Assembly: GCF_006345805.1 (NCBI RefSeq)
Contig: NC_042999.1
Span: 174,158,001 to 174,222,000 of the forward strand
Reading direction: 5' to 3'
Origin: Octopus sinensis
Lineage: Eukaryota
Length of the DNA: 64,000 bases
In this document: piece after piece, positions 1 to 13,820 of the stretch
Numbering within the stretch: position 1 is the stretch's first letter
Layout: each line of letters starts with the position of its first letter
Position numbers and translations under genes: made by a program
The notes under the pieces: model-generated
Told to the model about the DNA's origin: nothing
Database searches by the model: none
What the model saw: only the letters and a program-made list of their open reading frames with translations

Positions 1-345
1 ATTGCGAAGAACTTTTTTTTATTATTGTACAGAATCCACTTTTCCTCGCAAGTTACAATATGGTAGAGAATGTATCGGTCTGGTTACGGAGAAGAAGCAG
101 AGAGCAAATTTCATATCTGCGCATTTTCTGATTTTCATTCAAATCGTGTGGTTTCCATTTATCGAGGTTTTTGATTTTCTGATCGCATGCAAATGGTTGA
201 AGGCAGATTTTAGGCTAACTTTAGGCTAATTTTAGGCTAAGTTCTTTTGCCAGTTCTCGAGTGGTTTTACGTGGATCTTTCTCAATGATGAACGTAAACG
301 ACAATGGTCAGACACCTGAGGTGCTCTAATCCGACCTGGACAGTG
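1..345 (-). mobile_element. Mariner (Tc1/mariner) transposase remnant, frameshifted, running off the window start
   Basis: Minus strand, across frameshifts, reads IEKDPRKTTRELAKEL ... DKWKPHDLNENQKMRRYEICSLLLLRNQ ... HIVTCEEKWILYNN, matching the mariner WVPHEL linker and the IVTGDEKW first catalytic Asp motif. Confidence 0.8.
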
Positions 346-429
346 GTTTCTCACTCGTGGGTGTGGGGTGGGGGTTACCTAATTTGTGTTTCATTGCTCA
401 AATTGTTTCGATTATTCTATGTTTTATGT

Positions 430-915
430 GATGTATTAATTTTATGTTTTTTAGGTTCCCCATATAATATCTTCACCACTTCTCCTGGCTTTAGATATCT
501 TCTTGCCTATCTCCACGTTTTTGTAACCTCTGTTTTAAACATTTGAGTCTCTGTTTTAAAGGAGCTAATTGGTTGAAACAACTATTAGGGTGTTGAAAAA
601 ATATATTGTGGTACAAAGCCATATCATTCCTCCCACTGACGTGGAAGCTGCTCAGTGGAATAATCACTGGTGAAATATACATTTATTGATGAGAATGGAA
701 TTGTCTCTGTTTAATAGAATTGTAAACGAAATTGCATGGAAGCTAAAAACCAGCTACATATAGTTAAAATGGTGATGAAAAATTGTAAGCAAAAAAAGAC
801 AAATTTAGCAATGGTCTAGATAAATAACAGCCAAGCCTATGGAATCGATGCTAGATGTGTCGAAACAATTGTCGTGATTAAGAATAAATTCTCGTATGTT
901 CCATCTTCTGCCTTT

Positions 916-918
<3 letters not shown>
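430..918. mobile_element. Possible degenerate Penelope-like remnant (thumb-like peptide on minus, pLTR-like end on plus)
   Basis: ORF 491-682 ends LKQRLQKRG, resembling the PLE thumb L..RGY motif. 862-874 GAAACAATTGTC looks like a hammerhead 3' half, followed by AATAAA and a (TA)n tract. Weak. Confidence 0.3.
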
Positions 919-954
<36 letters not shown>

Positions 955-966
955 TATATATATATA

Positions 967-1090
967 CTAGCAGTATAATCCGGCTTTGCCCGAGATTAAT
1001 TTAGGATTATTAAGTTAATGAAGTTCTTTATTTCAAACCAAACTAAGTAACGTCGACGTCAAATTTGGACGAAATCCATTGAAATTGGTT

Positions 1091-1141
<51 letters not shown>

Positions 1142-1274
1142 ATGTATGTATGTATATAGATATAGATGGGCAACACACACACACATACACACACGTGTGT
1201 ATGTACACCTATTGCATACATGTTTTTTGTACTCATACATGTTATTGTGTGTGTGTGTGTGTGTATGTGTGTGT

Positions 1275-1306
<32 letters not shown>

Positions 1307-1635
1307 ATTACCCGTATATCAACAAATCACTTTTTTCCTCGATGGGAAAAAAACAACAAAATTCTTAACAAAAACTAACTCGTCGCTTGAAGGGACTTAA
1401 CTCCTGCTTACAAACAATGGTGATTTCCCTGAATTGAAAATTGTTAAAAGTTTTGGTTGAAAATTAATTTTTACTGCTATTCGCTGGTGCCTCTGGGATA
1501 AATAAGTTGATGAAAATACAGCTAGGATCATGACGAATGTCCTCCTAAAATTGGAGCGACATGCGTGCTAATTTGTGGACGTGCATAAATCACATTCACG
1601 CGCGCACACATACATCCTGCCTTTTATATATACAG

Positions 1636-1637
<2 letters not shown>
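967..1637 (+). mobile_element. Non-autonomous Helitron/HINE-like element with internal (TG)n/(CA)n microsatellites
   Basis: Starts (A)CTAGCAGTATAATCCGGCTTTGCCCG and ends ACATACATCCTGCCTTTTATATATACAGAT inside (TA)n. These termini resemble invertebrate non-autonomous Helitron-type elements. Recognised by motif only. Confidence 0.4.
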
Positions 1638-1668
<31 letters not shown>

Positions 1669-1734
1669 ATATGTATAAACGTATATATATATTTATGTAT
1701 ATGTGTATATACATCTATGTATATGTGTGTATAT

Positions 1735-1809
<75 letters not shown>

Positions 1810-2172
1810 TATCATACATATATATATATATATATATGCACATATAATATATATATATATAAATATATTCCATATATATGTATATGTATATATGCTTATA
1901 TTTCTATATATGTACATATATATGCACACTCACTCATACAACACTCACACACACACATACACACACATACAGACACACGCGAGCACATTATGTGGACGAT
2001 ATTTCATTTTCTATCAAGACGGTGCAACCGTACCTGATTCCTTCAAGTGTTTCAGTTCTTTGTTTCTGCATTAATTTACTAGATTGCTGACATTTAGCAA
2101 TGGTTTCTCCCATGTTGGTACGCCATTTTCTATCATGAATAAAACTGTCAGCAGTTTTGACGGCATGGGTAT

Positions 2173-2174
<2 letters not shown>

Positions 2175-2252
<78 letters not shown>

Positions 2253-2260
2253 TGATGATG

Positions 2261-2314
<54 letters not shown>

Positions 2315-2318
2315 TTAA
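2175..2318. repeat. (TAA)n microsatellite with internal (TGA)n
   Basis: Directly visible; explains the poly-Ile ORF 2084-2353. Confidence 0.95.
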
Positions 2319-3592
2319 TAATTCATTTTTTCTGCTTAAGGCACAAAGCCTGAAATTCTGAGGAAATGGACAGGTCTATTAAATTGACTTAAGTTGCTCG
2401 ACTCGCAAAAGGTGAAAGGCAAAGTTGATCTCATTGGAATTTGAACTGAGAGCGTAAACCGAAAGAAATGCCGCTAAGCATTATGTCCAGTTCGTGATTT
2501 CTATATCTGACGAAGGAGCAACACAAAAAGCATTAAATTATGTTAGTGATGATATGCATTATTTGGGCTTACGTGTCTAATAAAAAAATATGACAAAATA
2601 CAAAATTATTAACACCTGCTCAACCGAAATGTTTCCAAACTTAGTCATTGGTTTTCTGTATAATATTCATATAACCGAACATACTTGGAAAAAAAATCTA
2701 TGTATTTTGAAGTGTGAACTTTTTGTATAGTTTTGTTCATTTGTGCTTGGTTCTCATTAGTTTTGGTGGGTGTTGTTATTTGTCTGTTTCCTAACTAAAT
2801 GTCATTATGCTGAAAGAAATGCGATCTTAGATTCTCACTCAATGTCAAATTTGAAACTATGTAAAGAGCCGTTATTGCTTTATGCTATTGATCAATTAAG
2901 CCGTGAGTAATACTTCTTTATATTTAAGTAGGTAGGCGAATATATTTGTTGGTGTTGTTGTTGTGGCTGCTATTGTTATTCGTTGCTGTCGCGGTTACTG
3001 TTGCTTCTACGTCTGCTTTTGTCGCTTTTTATTTACTTATTTTTTTCTTATTTTTGCATACTAGACAAATAATTCAAATAGACATAGACACGTAAACATG
3101 GGTACAACAAAGAAATTCCTGTGAGTTTATATATGTTGTAGAGTTAAAGTGAAATACCAATTAGTTACATTTTATGAACAATACCTGTCAGAAATAATCC
3201 AATAAATCATCTCATTGGACAGCTTCTATTTATTTTAATTGCTTCGGAATTTCTTTATGTTAAAGTTTATGAGTTATCTTATAGTTTCAGTGTTTTTTTT
3301 TTTTTTTCTTGGAGAACAAAAAAGAGACAAAGAGAGATGAGAGAAGAAATACTTTGTTTTACTGTGATCTTCTTTCTATATCTTCCCATTGAATTTCATA
3401 TCTGGAGATTTGTCTTATCATATTTACATCCTCTATCTTAGATAAAAGACTGGATTTTTCTGTTGAACATAATGAAATACACTGGCAATACACACTTAAA
3501 CACAGCACATCCACGTATGTGTGCCGGTCTTTGAGCATATATCAAGATATTTTATAACGTGGAAAATGTGTGTGTGTATGTGTACATACATG

Positions 3593-3668
<76 letters not shown>

Positions 3669-4133
3669 ATGCGCGTTATGAAATATTTCTTACATCTTAC
3701 ATTTAATATTTTCTGTTTTTGCTACCCTCCATCTCCTACCGAAATTTGGCTTTTGTTGTGTAGCTATAAATTAATCAAATGACTAGTTCGATTAATCAAT
3801 CAACGTCTTAATCTTCCAACATCTAGACATGAAAACGTTTCTATATTGACAATATATTTCCAGTTAGTCTGCTAATGTTATTTTAATAGTAATGCTGCCA
3901 GAGCTTGAAAGAGTGAATCGTTGCTGTCTCCATCGATATTATGATGAACTGTCGCTGTTGAATACATAGTTTGTATCGTATCGGCGGCGTTCAGCTGTGG
4001 CCAATACACTGAGCTTTCCGCAACTGATCTTACTCTGAGTTCATTGCATTACTTAGTCAGTGGTTTAGTGGTTCATGTTCTCAGTTCAAATTCCGCCTTT
4101 AATAACTTCGTCGTCGATGAAATGAATACCAGT

Positions 4134-4367
4134 AAGGCGGCGAGCTGGCAGAACCGTTAGCACGCCGGGCGAAATGCGTAGCCGTATTTCGTCTGCCGTT
4201 ACGTTCCGAGTTCAAATTCTGCCGAGGTCGACTTTGCCTTTCATCCTTTCGGGGTCGATAAATTAAGTACCAGTTACGAACTGGGGTCGATGTAATCGAC
4301 TTAATCCGTTTGTCTGTCCTTGTTTGTCCCCTCTATGTTTAGCCCCTTGTGGGTAATAAAGAAACAG
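4134..4367 (+). mobile_element. tRNA-derived SINE family 1 monomer, nested in an older SINE
   Basis: AAGGCGGCGAGCTGGCAG head, GAGTTCAAATTC B-box-like motif, AAAGAAACAG end. 14-bp TSD AAATGAATA(C/A)CAGT at 4120-4133 and 4368-4381. The flanks join into an older SINE body. Confidence 0.9.
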
Positions 4368-5039
4368 AAATGAATAACAGTCGAACACTGGGGTCGATAT
4401 AATCGATTTACCCTCTCCTCGAAATTGCTGGCCTCGTGCCAAAATTTGAAACCATTACTAAGCTAGTGGTAAATCCCGATTATTAGAGATTTTTTCGAGC
4501 CTTCCCGAGCTAGTGAAGACAATAATATTGATATTTAGTTTGAATATTAAATCGATGTGTTCTGGTCGCAAAAACTTTGGAGATTAGATAATTCCCAAAA
4601 GGTAGCAGTTATAGAAATGAAGGATTCAGCAAGTGTTTAGTGCAGGATCTGAGTGAGAAAAGAGTAGTGTTAACGAGTGCTGCAGGGTGTATCAAATAGA
4701 CCTAAAGGGATCAGATATGTTGCTGCCTGGTTCAGAAAACCAGAAGCCCTAGAGGCAACAGTATAAACGGTATGAAGGATTAAAATACACGTATGTGCGC
4801 CCGTGGTTGTATTTTATTAGTGGGTGGGTGTTTGCGAATCTGTTGGATAGCATTGACTGTTGATTCACTAGAGCATATGCGGGTGTTTAGCAGCAACGTT
4901 GTCTTGTAAATGTACTGTAATAAGAGAGAGAGAAAGAGAGAAAGTGTGTGTGGTGTGTGTGGTGTGTGTGTATGTGTGTTTATGTGTGGTGTGTGTGTGT
5001 GTATGTGTGTGTATGTGTGTGTATGTGTGTATATGTGTG

Positions 5040-5072
<33 letters not shown>

Positions 5073-5596
5073 AGGTTTATGTGTGTTTGGTTGCTTATGA
5101 TACACAGCAGTACGCTTTCAGTGGATATGACGTCACTGCCATATGATCTCCTTAACTCTATATATATGTTGTTATTTTCGACATCATAAAGATTTATAAG
5201 CGTTCGAGAAAACGTGAAATAGTTATTTTTTTTTACTCTGGATTTAGAAGCACATATAAATCTATAGTTAATGGCATGTAAATATTGGGTTGAAAATCCC
5301 TTTTGACTAGAAAAGTCGAAAGCTGCTTATTCCAAGAAAGAAATATGTTATTTTACACAAGATCAACCATGTTAGAGCGGACCTATGCTCAAAGACATCA
5401 CATCTGTAAACATCCCGTTTTTATTTCGTTACGGTCCCTTCTTGAAAAGGTACAGTGTTAGTTGACGCTTATTTCTAGCAAATCGAGAGATCATAAGGAA
5501 ATTCCTTTCTCAGGCTTATCTCTAAATATAAGAGGCTTGATTGTTTGCATGTTTGTTTCAGTAAGCTTGAGTGCGTAAGCAGTTTGTTTCTATATT

Positions 5597-5597
<1 letters not shown>

Positions 5598-5673
<76 letters not shown>

Positions 5674-5717
5674 ATGGTGGTGGTGGTGGTGGTGGTAGTA
5701 ATAGTAGTAGTAGTAGT

Positions 5718-5815
<98 letters not shown>
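5598..5815. repeat. Compound trinucleotide microsatellite (AGT)n-(GGT)n-(AGT)n-(AAT)n
   Basis: Directly visible; explains ORFs 5558-5881 and 5571-5891. Confidence 0.95.
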
Positions 5816-6197
5816 CCTTTCTACTGGAGACACAATTTGTTGGAAGGGGTATATTCGATTACATCGACTCCAGTGTTTCACTGATACTTAATTTATCGAC
5901 CCCGAAAGGATGAAAGGCAAAGTCGACCTCGGCGGAATTTGAACTCAGAAAGTAGCGGCAAACGGAATACCTATTTCTTTACTACCCACAAGGGGGCTAA
6001 ACACAGAGGGGACACACAAAGACAGACAAACGGATTAAGTCGATTACATCGACCCCAGTGCGTAACTGGTACTTAATTTATCGACCCCGAAAGGATGAAA
6101 GGCAAAGTCGACCCCTGCGGAATTTGAACTCAGAACGTAACGGCAGACGAAATACGGCTACGCATTTCGCCCGGCATGCTAACGTTTCTGCCAGCTG
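5812..6197 (-). mobile_element. SINE family 1 dimer (monomer plus headless second body)
   Basis: Reverse complement gives head ... GTAAAGAAATAG|GTATTCCGTTTGCCGC ... second body, ending in a (TAT)n tail. Confidence 0.85.
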
Positions 6198-6972
6198 ACT
6201 AAAAGTGATTTAAAACCAGAAACGGAGGCTCTAAACTGTGCTGCGTAAGAGCAAGCACTAAGAACAAACTACATAATATACAGAGTAGAAAACGCATCAG
6301 AAAGTGATAAGTGCAGAATCTGTGGATAAAATTGAGAAACCATATGGCATATTATCGGCCAATATGTGCCACTAGCCCAGAAGGAATATAAGAGACGCTA
6401 CGACAATATAGCAAGGTTTGGCCATTGGACACCTCGCAACAAGTATTGACTTGACAGAGGAAAGAAATGGCACGACCACTAACCCGAAGGCATCATCGAA
6501 AATGATAATGCAAAGATTCTGTGGGATTTTATGATTCAGTGTGACAATGAGATAGAGAATAGGAAGCTAGACATAGTGTTAATTGAGAAAAAAAAACAAA
6601 ATATGCTGGATCATAGATATAGCATGCCCAGCTGACAACAAGGTATGCGATAAGGAAGAAAAAAATGTTGATAGGTATGACAGGCTAGCTTGGCAGTTAA
6701 AGCAATTGTGATCGATGAGAAAGGTGGTAGTGGTACCAATAATTGTCGGAGACCTGTGAACAGTGAGTAAAAATCTCGAGAAGTACGTGGAACAAATAGG
6801 GGCTGCAATAAGGGTGGAGCACTTGCAGAAAATACCACTACTTAAAACCGCTCGAATACTCCGGAAGGCGCTCGAAAAATAATAGGTGTTACCTTAGTTC
6901 ACTGGTAGTGAACAGCTGATACCATAGTATAATTCCAGTGTTAGAAGCTGTGCAAAGGCAATAATAATAATA
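6198..6972 (+). mobile_element. R4/Dong-clade non-LTR retrotransposon 3' end (CCHC knuckle plus restriction-like endonuclease), decayed
   Basis: Reads LKPETEALNCAA.EQALRTNY ... SDKCRICG ... ETIWHII ... KILWDF ... CWIIDIACPAD ... VVVVPIIVG ... TARILRKALEK*, then a short 3' UTR and a (TAA)n tail. Confidence 0.85.
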
Positions 6973-8475
6973 AAAGGATGGTCAGAGTTTTCAAACAGAG
7001 AGGTAGGAGTTGAAAGCAGGGAGAAGAGCAGACAGGAGGAATAGGGGAATTGTGATGGTGCTGTTAAGGATGAGGAACAGGGTCATTATACAGTGAACCC
7101 TGGTACTGTGGTGGGTGGACATGCAGGGGAAATGAACAAACTAGATAATGAATTGCTTGAAATTCAAAGACGACTCACCAACTTGATGAATGATCCAGAA
7201 AAACAATCCCCATGAATATGAGAAGATTAGATAGGAGTATGATAAATAAAGTAACACAAAAGATAAATACTGTCATATCAGACGGAGGACATAACACAAA
7301 CATCCAGACGGAGGACATAACACAAACAAGGTATCTTCTCCGGGCTATTGCGCTACTTCTCGAGGAGAAATTACAAATTAAGAGAACAAAAAATTGTGGA
7401 ACAAAAGAACCACGGTGGAAACGATGCATTGAAAGAGATATAATGCGGGCAAGGCGAGATCTAGGAAAAATTTAGCAATGGTTAAGAGGAAACTGGAAAA
7501 ATGGGAAAAAGACCGACCAAGAAAAATTATAGAAGAAACATGAAATACGGAAGAATAGGTTTGATGCAGTAATAGAGCAGTAAAAACAGGGGATCATGGC
7601 AAAAAGCCAGATCATATTTGTGAACAGAAACAAGCAGTTCGATGAGAACAGATTGTTCAAAAATAACCCGAAGCAATTCTACCGAACGTTAGAAGGAGAC
7701 AATGGGGGAAATGTTGCTCCTGATGCAAATCAAGCCAAGGAGTTCTGGAGCGGATTATAGGGAAACAATTTGGTGCATAAAAAGGGATGCAATATGGATA
7801 GAAACTATCAAGACGGAATTGCAAGGAGGAAAGTAACAAAGGAATATTTTCACAAGCATGGATGATGTGAAAGAACAAGTGGGTAAAGTGCCTAACTGGA
7901 AAGCCCCTGGACCAGACGGGATTTGTGACTTCTGGCTGAAGAGATGCCACGCAGTGCATGGAAAACTAGCAGCCCAATTGAATGAGTTTGTCCAGATAGG
8001 TACAGTCCCCGCGTGGATGGTGACTAGGAGGACAACACTTGTAATGAAAGAGAGAAGAAAGGAGAATATTGTGGGAAACTACCGTCCTGTAGCATGCCTG
8101 AACATAATCTGGAAGGTACTCCCTGGAATATGTACGACAAAGACATACACTTTCTTGGCACAGAAAGGAATACTACTAAGGGAACAAAAAAGACGTAGGA
8201 AGAGTTCTCAGGTTACCAGGGATAAAATAGTTTTGAGGCATTGTAAAAAAACATCATACAAACATGTCTATGGCTTGAATTGAATTTAAGAAGGCATATG
8301 ATAAGATGCCTCATTTTTAGATCGTTGAATGCCTGCAGATGTTTCGTGTTGCTGACAACATCGCAAATTTCCTGATGCATAGCATGAAAGAGTGGAAAAT
8401 TAAATTGTACTTAAGTAATGTATTCCTTGGAGAAGTTAATATTAAAAGGGGAATCTTCTAAGGTGACTCGTTTTC
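6973..8475 (+). mobile_element. R4/Dong-clade element, N-terminal region and first half of RT, decayed and cut by a SINE
   Basis: ORF 7212-7475 KEPRWKRCIERDI; ORF 7858-8283 NWKAPGPDGICDFWLK ... NYRPVACLNIIWK; downstream FKKAYD ... GIF*GDSFS. Multiple stops and frameshifts. Confidence 0.85.
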
Positions 8476-8862
8476 TGCAGAAGGCCTCAAATTTGTGGGG
8501 AGGAGACTAGTTGACTACATTGACCCCGGTGTTCAACTGGTACTTAATTTGTCGACCCCGAAAGGATGAAAGGCAAAGACGACATCGGCGGAATTTGAAC
8601 TCAGAACGTAGCGGCAGACGAAATACCTATTTCTTTACGGCCCACAAGGGGCTAAACACAGAGGGGACAAACAAGGATAGACAAACGGATTAAGTCGATT
8701 ACATCCAATACAGTGCGTAACTGGTATTTAATTTATCGACCCCGAAATGATGAAAGGCAAAGCCGACCTCGGCGGAATTTGAACTCAGAACGTAACGGCA
8801 GACGAAATACCGCTAAGTATTTCGCCCGGCGTGCTAACGATTCTGCCAGCACGCCGCCTTAA
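8476..8862 (-). mobile_element. SINE family 1 dimer
   Basis: Same architecture and same AAAGAAATAG|GTATTTCGTCTGCC junction as 5812-6197. Confidence 0.9.
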
Positions 8863-9001
8863 AAGAAGAAGAAGAAGAAGAAGAAGAAGAAGAAGAAGAA
8901 GAAGAAGAAGAAGAAGAAGAAGAAGAAGAAGAAGAAGAAGAAGAAGAAGAAGAAGAAGAAGAAGAAGAAGAAGAAGAAGAAGAAGAAGAAGAAGAAGAAG
9001 A
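8863..9001. repeat. Pure (GAA)n tract, about 46 units
   Basis: Directly visible; explains the poly-Arg ORF 8831-9025. Confidence 0.95.
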
Positions 9002-10318
9002 CTATATTGGATTACCAGTTCATAGGATATGTGTTTAAACCAGCCGCAGAGTATTGCATCTCAGCAGGTTACTTAATTCTCCGTATCTCATTCCCTTTGT
9101 TGCCTTGGACAAACACCAATTAGTAGGCTTCATAAGCGATTGACGGATGCAAATAACAGCAAAATCTCCGGGAATTGACTCTGTCACATATGTGTGAGAC
9201 AAAATATATATGTATCTTTAGGTTGTATATGTATATATGGAGAGTGAGAGGAGGGGAAGAAAATCAAGACAAAGAGGTGTGCAGATATAACATATATTCC
9301 ATATGTGAACAGTAAAGTGTGTTTGAAGATACGCCTAAGCATGCCTATATTCACACATATGTACGTATGTATGTATGTATGTATGTATTATGTACATATG
9401 CATGCATGTATGTGTGTGTGTATCATGTGTGTATGGATGCATGTATACATGTGTACATATTAGACGAAAGTAATCGAAATGAAAGAAATTACGAAGGTAG
9501 AGGGAAGTAAATATATATAAATATCATTTCTAAAGTGATTTTCAGAGATGTTCTCATTCCAAGAGGAATCTTTTTACAAAATAAGGAATTGAAAAATGTT
9601 ATACAAAATATTTCAATTTGGAATCAGATTATAACAAGTTTGTTTTATATCTTTTGTTCAAATTTTGTTACTATTTTTTGTCATTATTTTATTTTCGAGA
9701 TATTATTCTGTCGTCTTCCAATTTCTTTTATATTTGTACGGCTTGTTTACTCGTAGAAGTTAAATAGCTTTCTTCTTCATACTTAGCTTTTGAGTCAACG
9801 ATTTTCTTATCTTTCGATATTTTTATGTATGTGCTTTGTGTATGTGCACGTATCTGTGTATTTAGCCGTGTATATGTGCATATGTATACATGTTTATTTG
9901 CTAACGAAGGTATGTTTTCTTTTCCACTTCTGATTTAATCTTTGCCGTTAAATGTATTTACATAAATATTATTTCTCAATGTGAAGCATTTGTACTTTTT
10001 CATTGCTTTTATAATACATACATGCATATACATATACATATATGTACGTATATATATATATAAAGTCGGTACGCATGTATGTGTGTAGATACATGTACAT
10101 GTTTGTGTACTGCATATGTTTATCTTAACATTCATGATTATAATAATATTACTTATGCATATATATGAATGTATGCACATACAGTTATATATATGGATAC
10201 GATAGCTACATATGCATGGACAAACACGTAAATATAATTGAAACGTGTATGTGTATATTTGCATGTACGTATGGATGAATGAATGTGCTTATGTGTGTGT
10301 ATGAAATATATATATATA

Positions 10319-10391
<73 letters not shown>

Positions 10392-10518
10392 ATATATATA
10401 TATATACATATATACATACATACATATATGCATACATACATACATATAAATACATGTGTATTTATATGTTTTATATATACATATTTGCATAATCTATATA
10501 CTTATATACTGCTGTGTG

Positions 10519-10549
<31 letters not shown>

Positions 10550-10567
10550 TATATGTATTATATATAT

Positions 10568-10666
<99 letters not shown>

Positions 10667-11559
10667 TGTTTTATATATATACATTTATTAATGTGTGCCT
10701 GTGTCTGTGTTTCCTGGCAGAGAAAGCAAATCTCAGTGTAAAGACTCATATGCTAATATTTATATATATACATATATATTAGCATATTAATCATGTATAT
10801 TTAGAGTTTCATTCTCTACCAGGAAAATCATATTCACTTCTCATACACTCAAAACGTTTTCCTGTTACAGTCTTTCATAACATCTGGTTCTTTGAACATC
10901 TATGAAGTCACCAGACTTACCCATTGATATAGATATTACATATAACTTCAGCAGCGTCTACAGTGATATATTTTATTTCATCTGTGTTTTATTATTATAA
11001 AGATATTCGCAATAAACCCGAGTTCAAGATTTCTCTGTTTATTTCTTTCACATTGGCTATTAAAATTGTATTTGTGACTTGATTGCCGCAAATATTGAGG
11101 AAAGCTGTGTCGCTGACGAGTCGATGAGGAGATTTGAGATGCCAAGTATACCATTTTCCATTATTTCAAAAGGTTGGTTTATATTTACAACGTATTATAT
11201 GTCGATTTCCAAACCACTTGTATCTAGATAAAGAAAAAAACAGTAGTTAAAAACAAATGTATACAAAATATGACGCACTCACATATATGGATTAGAGAGA
11301 CATGGAGATGGAGGGGGGGAGATAGAGAATGAAAGCGAGAAAGAGGAGAGAACTGGTGAACATTCGTGATTATGTTCGAGTACAAAGAGTATTCAATCCA
11401 TATTACAGAGTGCATATATTATGTTTGAAGCTGAAGTTCTTGAAGATTGTATGAATAAACGAGAAAACACCGTGTGCAAACGAAAAATGAAAGCAAGCTT
11501 CGACAGATAAGCGCATATGCATTTTCCGGTGCGAACAGAACATCCGGAGGAAGTGAAAT

Positions 11560-11817
11560 GATAGATAGGCAGACAGGCAAACAGACAGACAGATAGATAG
11601 ACAAATAGCTAGCCAGTTAGATAGATAGATAGATAGATACATACATACATACATACATACATACATACATACATACATAGACAAATAGCTAACCAGATAG
11701 ATAGAGAGGAATATAGATACATACATACATACATACATAGACAGACAGGCAGGCGGGCAGGAAGACATCCAGACAGACAGACAGACAGACAGACAACAGA
11801 CAGACAGACAGACAGAC

Positions 11818-11900
<83 letters not shown>
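11560..11900. repeat. Compound (GATA)n/(CATA)n/(GACA)n microsatellite
   Basis: Directly visible. Confidence 0.9.
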
Positions 11901-12224
11901 CGAACAACATAGAAATTGGAACAAGTTTACCAAACTCCTATTGTATACTTGAGTGTGCGTAATCGTATGCATTTGTCAGTGCGCGCGAACTCGTCCGCGT
12001 GAGGAAGAAAGTAGTTGTGTAATTTACCTTCTACTTATCTATGTTAATGCTAGAGAATCCATTACACAGGGTCGACCTTTATCAGTTCCTGTGATTCACT
12101 GAAAAGTTCGTGTGTGGAGAGAGAGAGTGAGAGACAGAGAGAGAGAAAGATCCAGGCACATAAATAGAGTGGTATGTACATATATACATAACTTTAAGCA
12201 TATATATGTATATATATATATATC

Positions 12225-12299
<75 letters not shown>

Positions 12300-12340
12300 A
12301 TATATAGATATATATATACACATATATATATATATATAAT

Positions 12341-12390
<50 letters not shown>

Positions 12391-12399
12391 TATATATAT

Positions 12400-12449
<50 letters not shown>

Positions 12450-13369
12450 ACGTGTGTATGTATGTATGAATGTATGTATATGTTTATATATATATATATA
12501 TATACGGACCTATTCTTCGACGCTTCATTCAACCTATTCATCCATTTATTCGTAAAGCTCTCTGCCTATTTATCTGTCCATTGATGTGCTCACTGACTTT
12601 TTTCATACATACAACTATGTCAATCTCTCAATTTATCTATTTATCTTCCAACGTATCTATCCGTAAGCTACTCTAGGTTGTTTTATATCTGTTTCTCTCT
12701 ATCGACATGTCTTTTATCTAAAGACCTATCTGTCACTCTATCACTGTATCGGATAAGGATGCTTCTATTGTTTTCTTTAGTATTGTTGACCCTATACTAC
12801 TGTGTAAAAGACACGGAGGAAGCTAGCTTACGGTCACCTTTCACATTTCAATTTGCTGAATAAAAGCAATTGTCTACATGTAATTTTTCCTCTCTTCTCA
12901 ATGATATTAGAAACATTTAACCTTCTCTGGGAGAAAACGAGGAGAAAGGAAAAGGTAACAGATGCATAAACAACACACATACACACGCCGTAGCGCACAC
13001 ACAGACGAACACATCCTCATATACATGCTTGTATGTATGGGGTCTACGTGTGTTAATGCGCACCCATGTCTATGTATATACGAAGTGTGAGTATGCTTTA
13101 CGTACACGCTTGTGATGAGCTTTTGAGCTTATGTGTTTGTATGTATGTGTCTGTGTGTATTCGTGTTGGTAACTGTGTTCGTGTGTGACTATGTATGTGT
13201 GCGTGTTATGTTTGTATTCATATGATGTGTATATGGGATTTGACTTAGCGTGTATATGCAAATACGATGCTAAAAGGATACATACACTTATGTATGAGTG
13301 TAGATACATACACAGCTATTTGGAGACGGACAAACAGACAGAGAAGAAGGGGGAAGCAGACAGGCAGGC

Positions 13370-13655
<286 letters not shown>

Positions 13656-13820
13656 TTGAAATTTATAGAACAGCAAAAGACAAAGACAGGTGTATGGACA
13701 ACAAGCAGGTTTATTAGTTTGGCGCTCGGGAAAATGAAAAAGCCTTTTACATTTCGAGCCTACGCTCTTCATCAGAAATGAATAAGAGAAAATAAACAGA
13801 GAGAGAATGAAAGACACTTA
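13656..13820 (-). mobile_element. Short PLE 3'-end (pLTR) fragment carrying a hammerhead motif
   Basis: Aligns by eye to 33455-33620 (+) and 56645-56870 (-). Its 3' end runs directly into (TATC)n. Confidence 0.65.
13743..13779 (-). ncRNA. Minimal type I hammerhead ribozyme motif (class A)
   Basis: Minus strand: UUU-CUGAUGA-A-GAGC-GUAG-GCUC-GAAA-UG-UA-AAA. The core and a 4-bp stem II are intact; stem III reads AUGU rather than the palindromic ACGU. Confidence 0.6.

Noticed and set aside
205-243. (TTTAGGCTAA)x3, resembling a TTAGGC telomeric repeat
   Set aside because: Only three units, lying inside the mariner coding remnant; a local slippage triplication.
2761-2902. AG...GTGAGT-bounded open frame FWWVLLFVCFLTKCHYAERN..., signal-peptide-like
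   Set aside because: The hydrophobic start is GT-rich low complexity, there is no family motif, and such splice-like pairs arise by chance in 64 kb.
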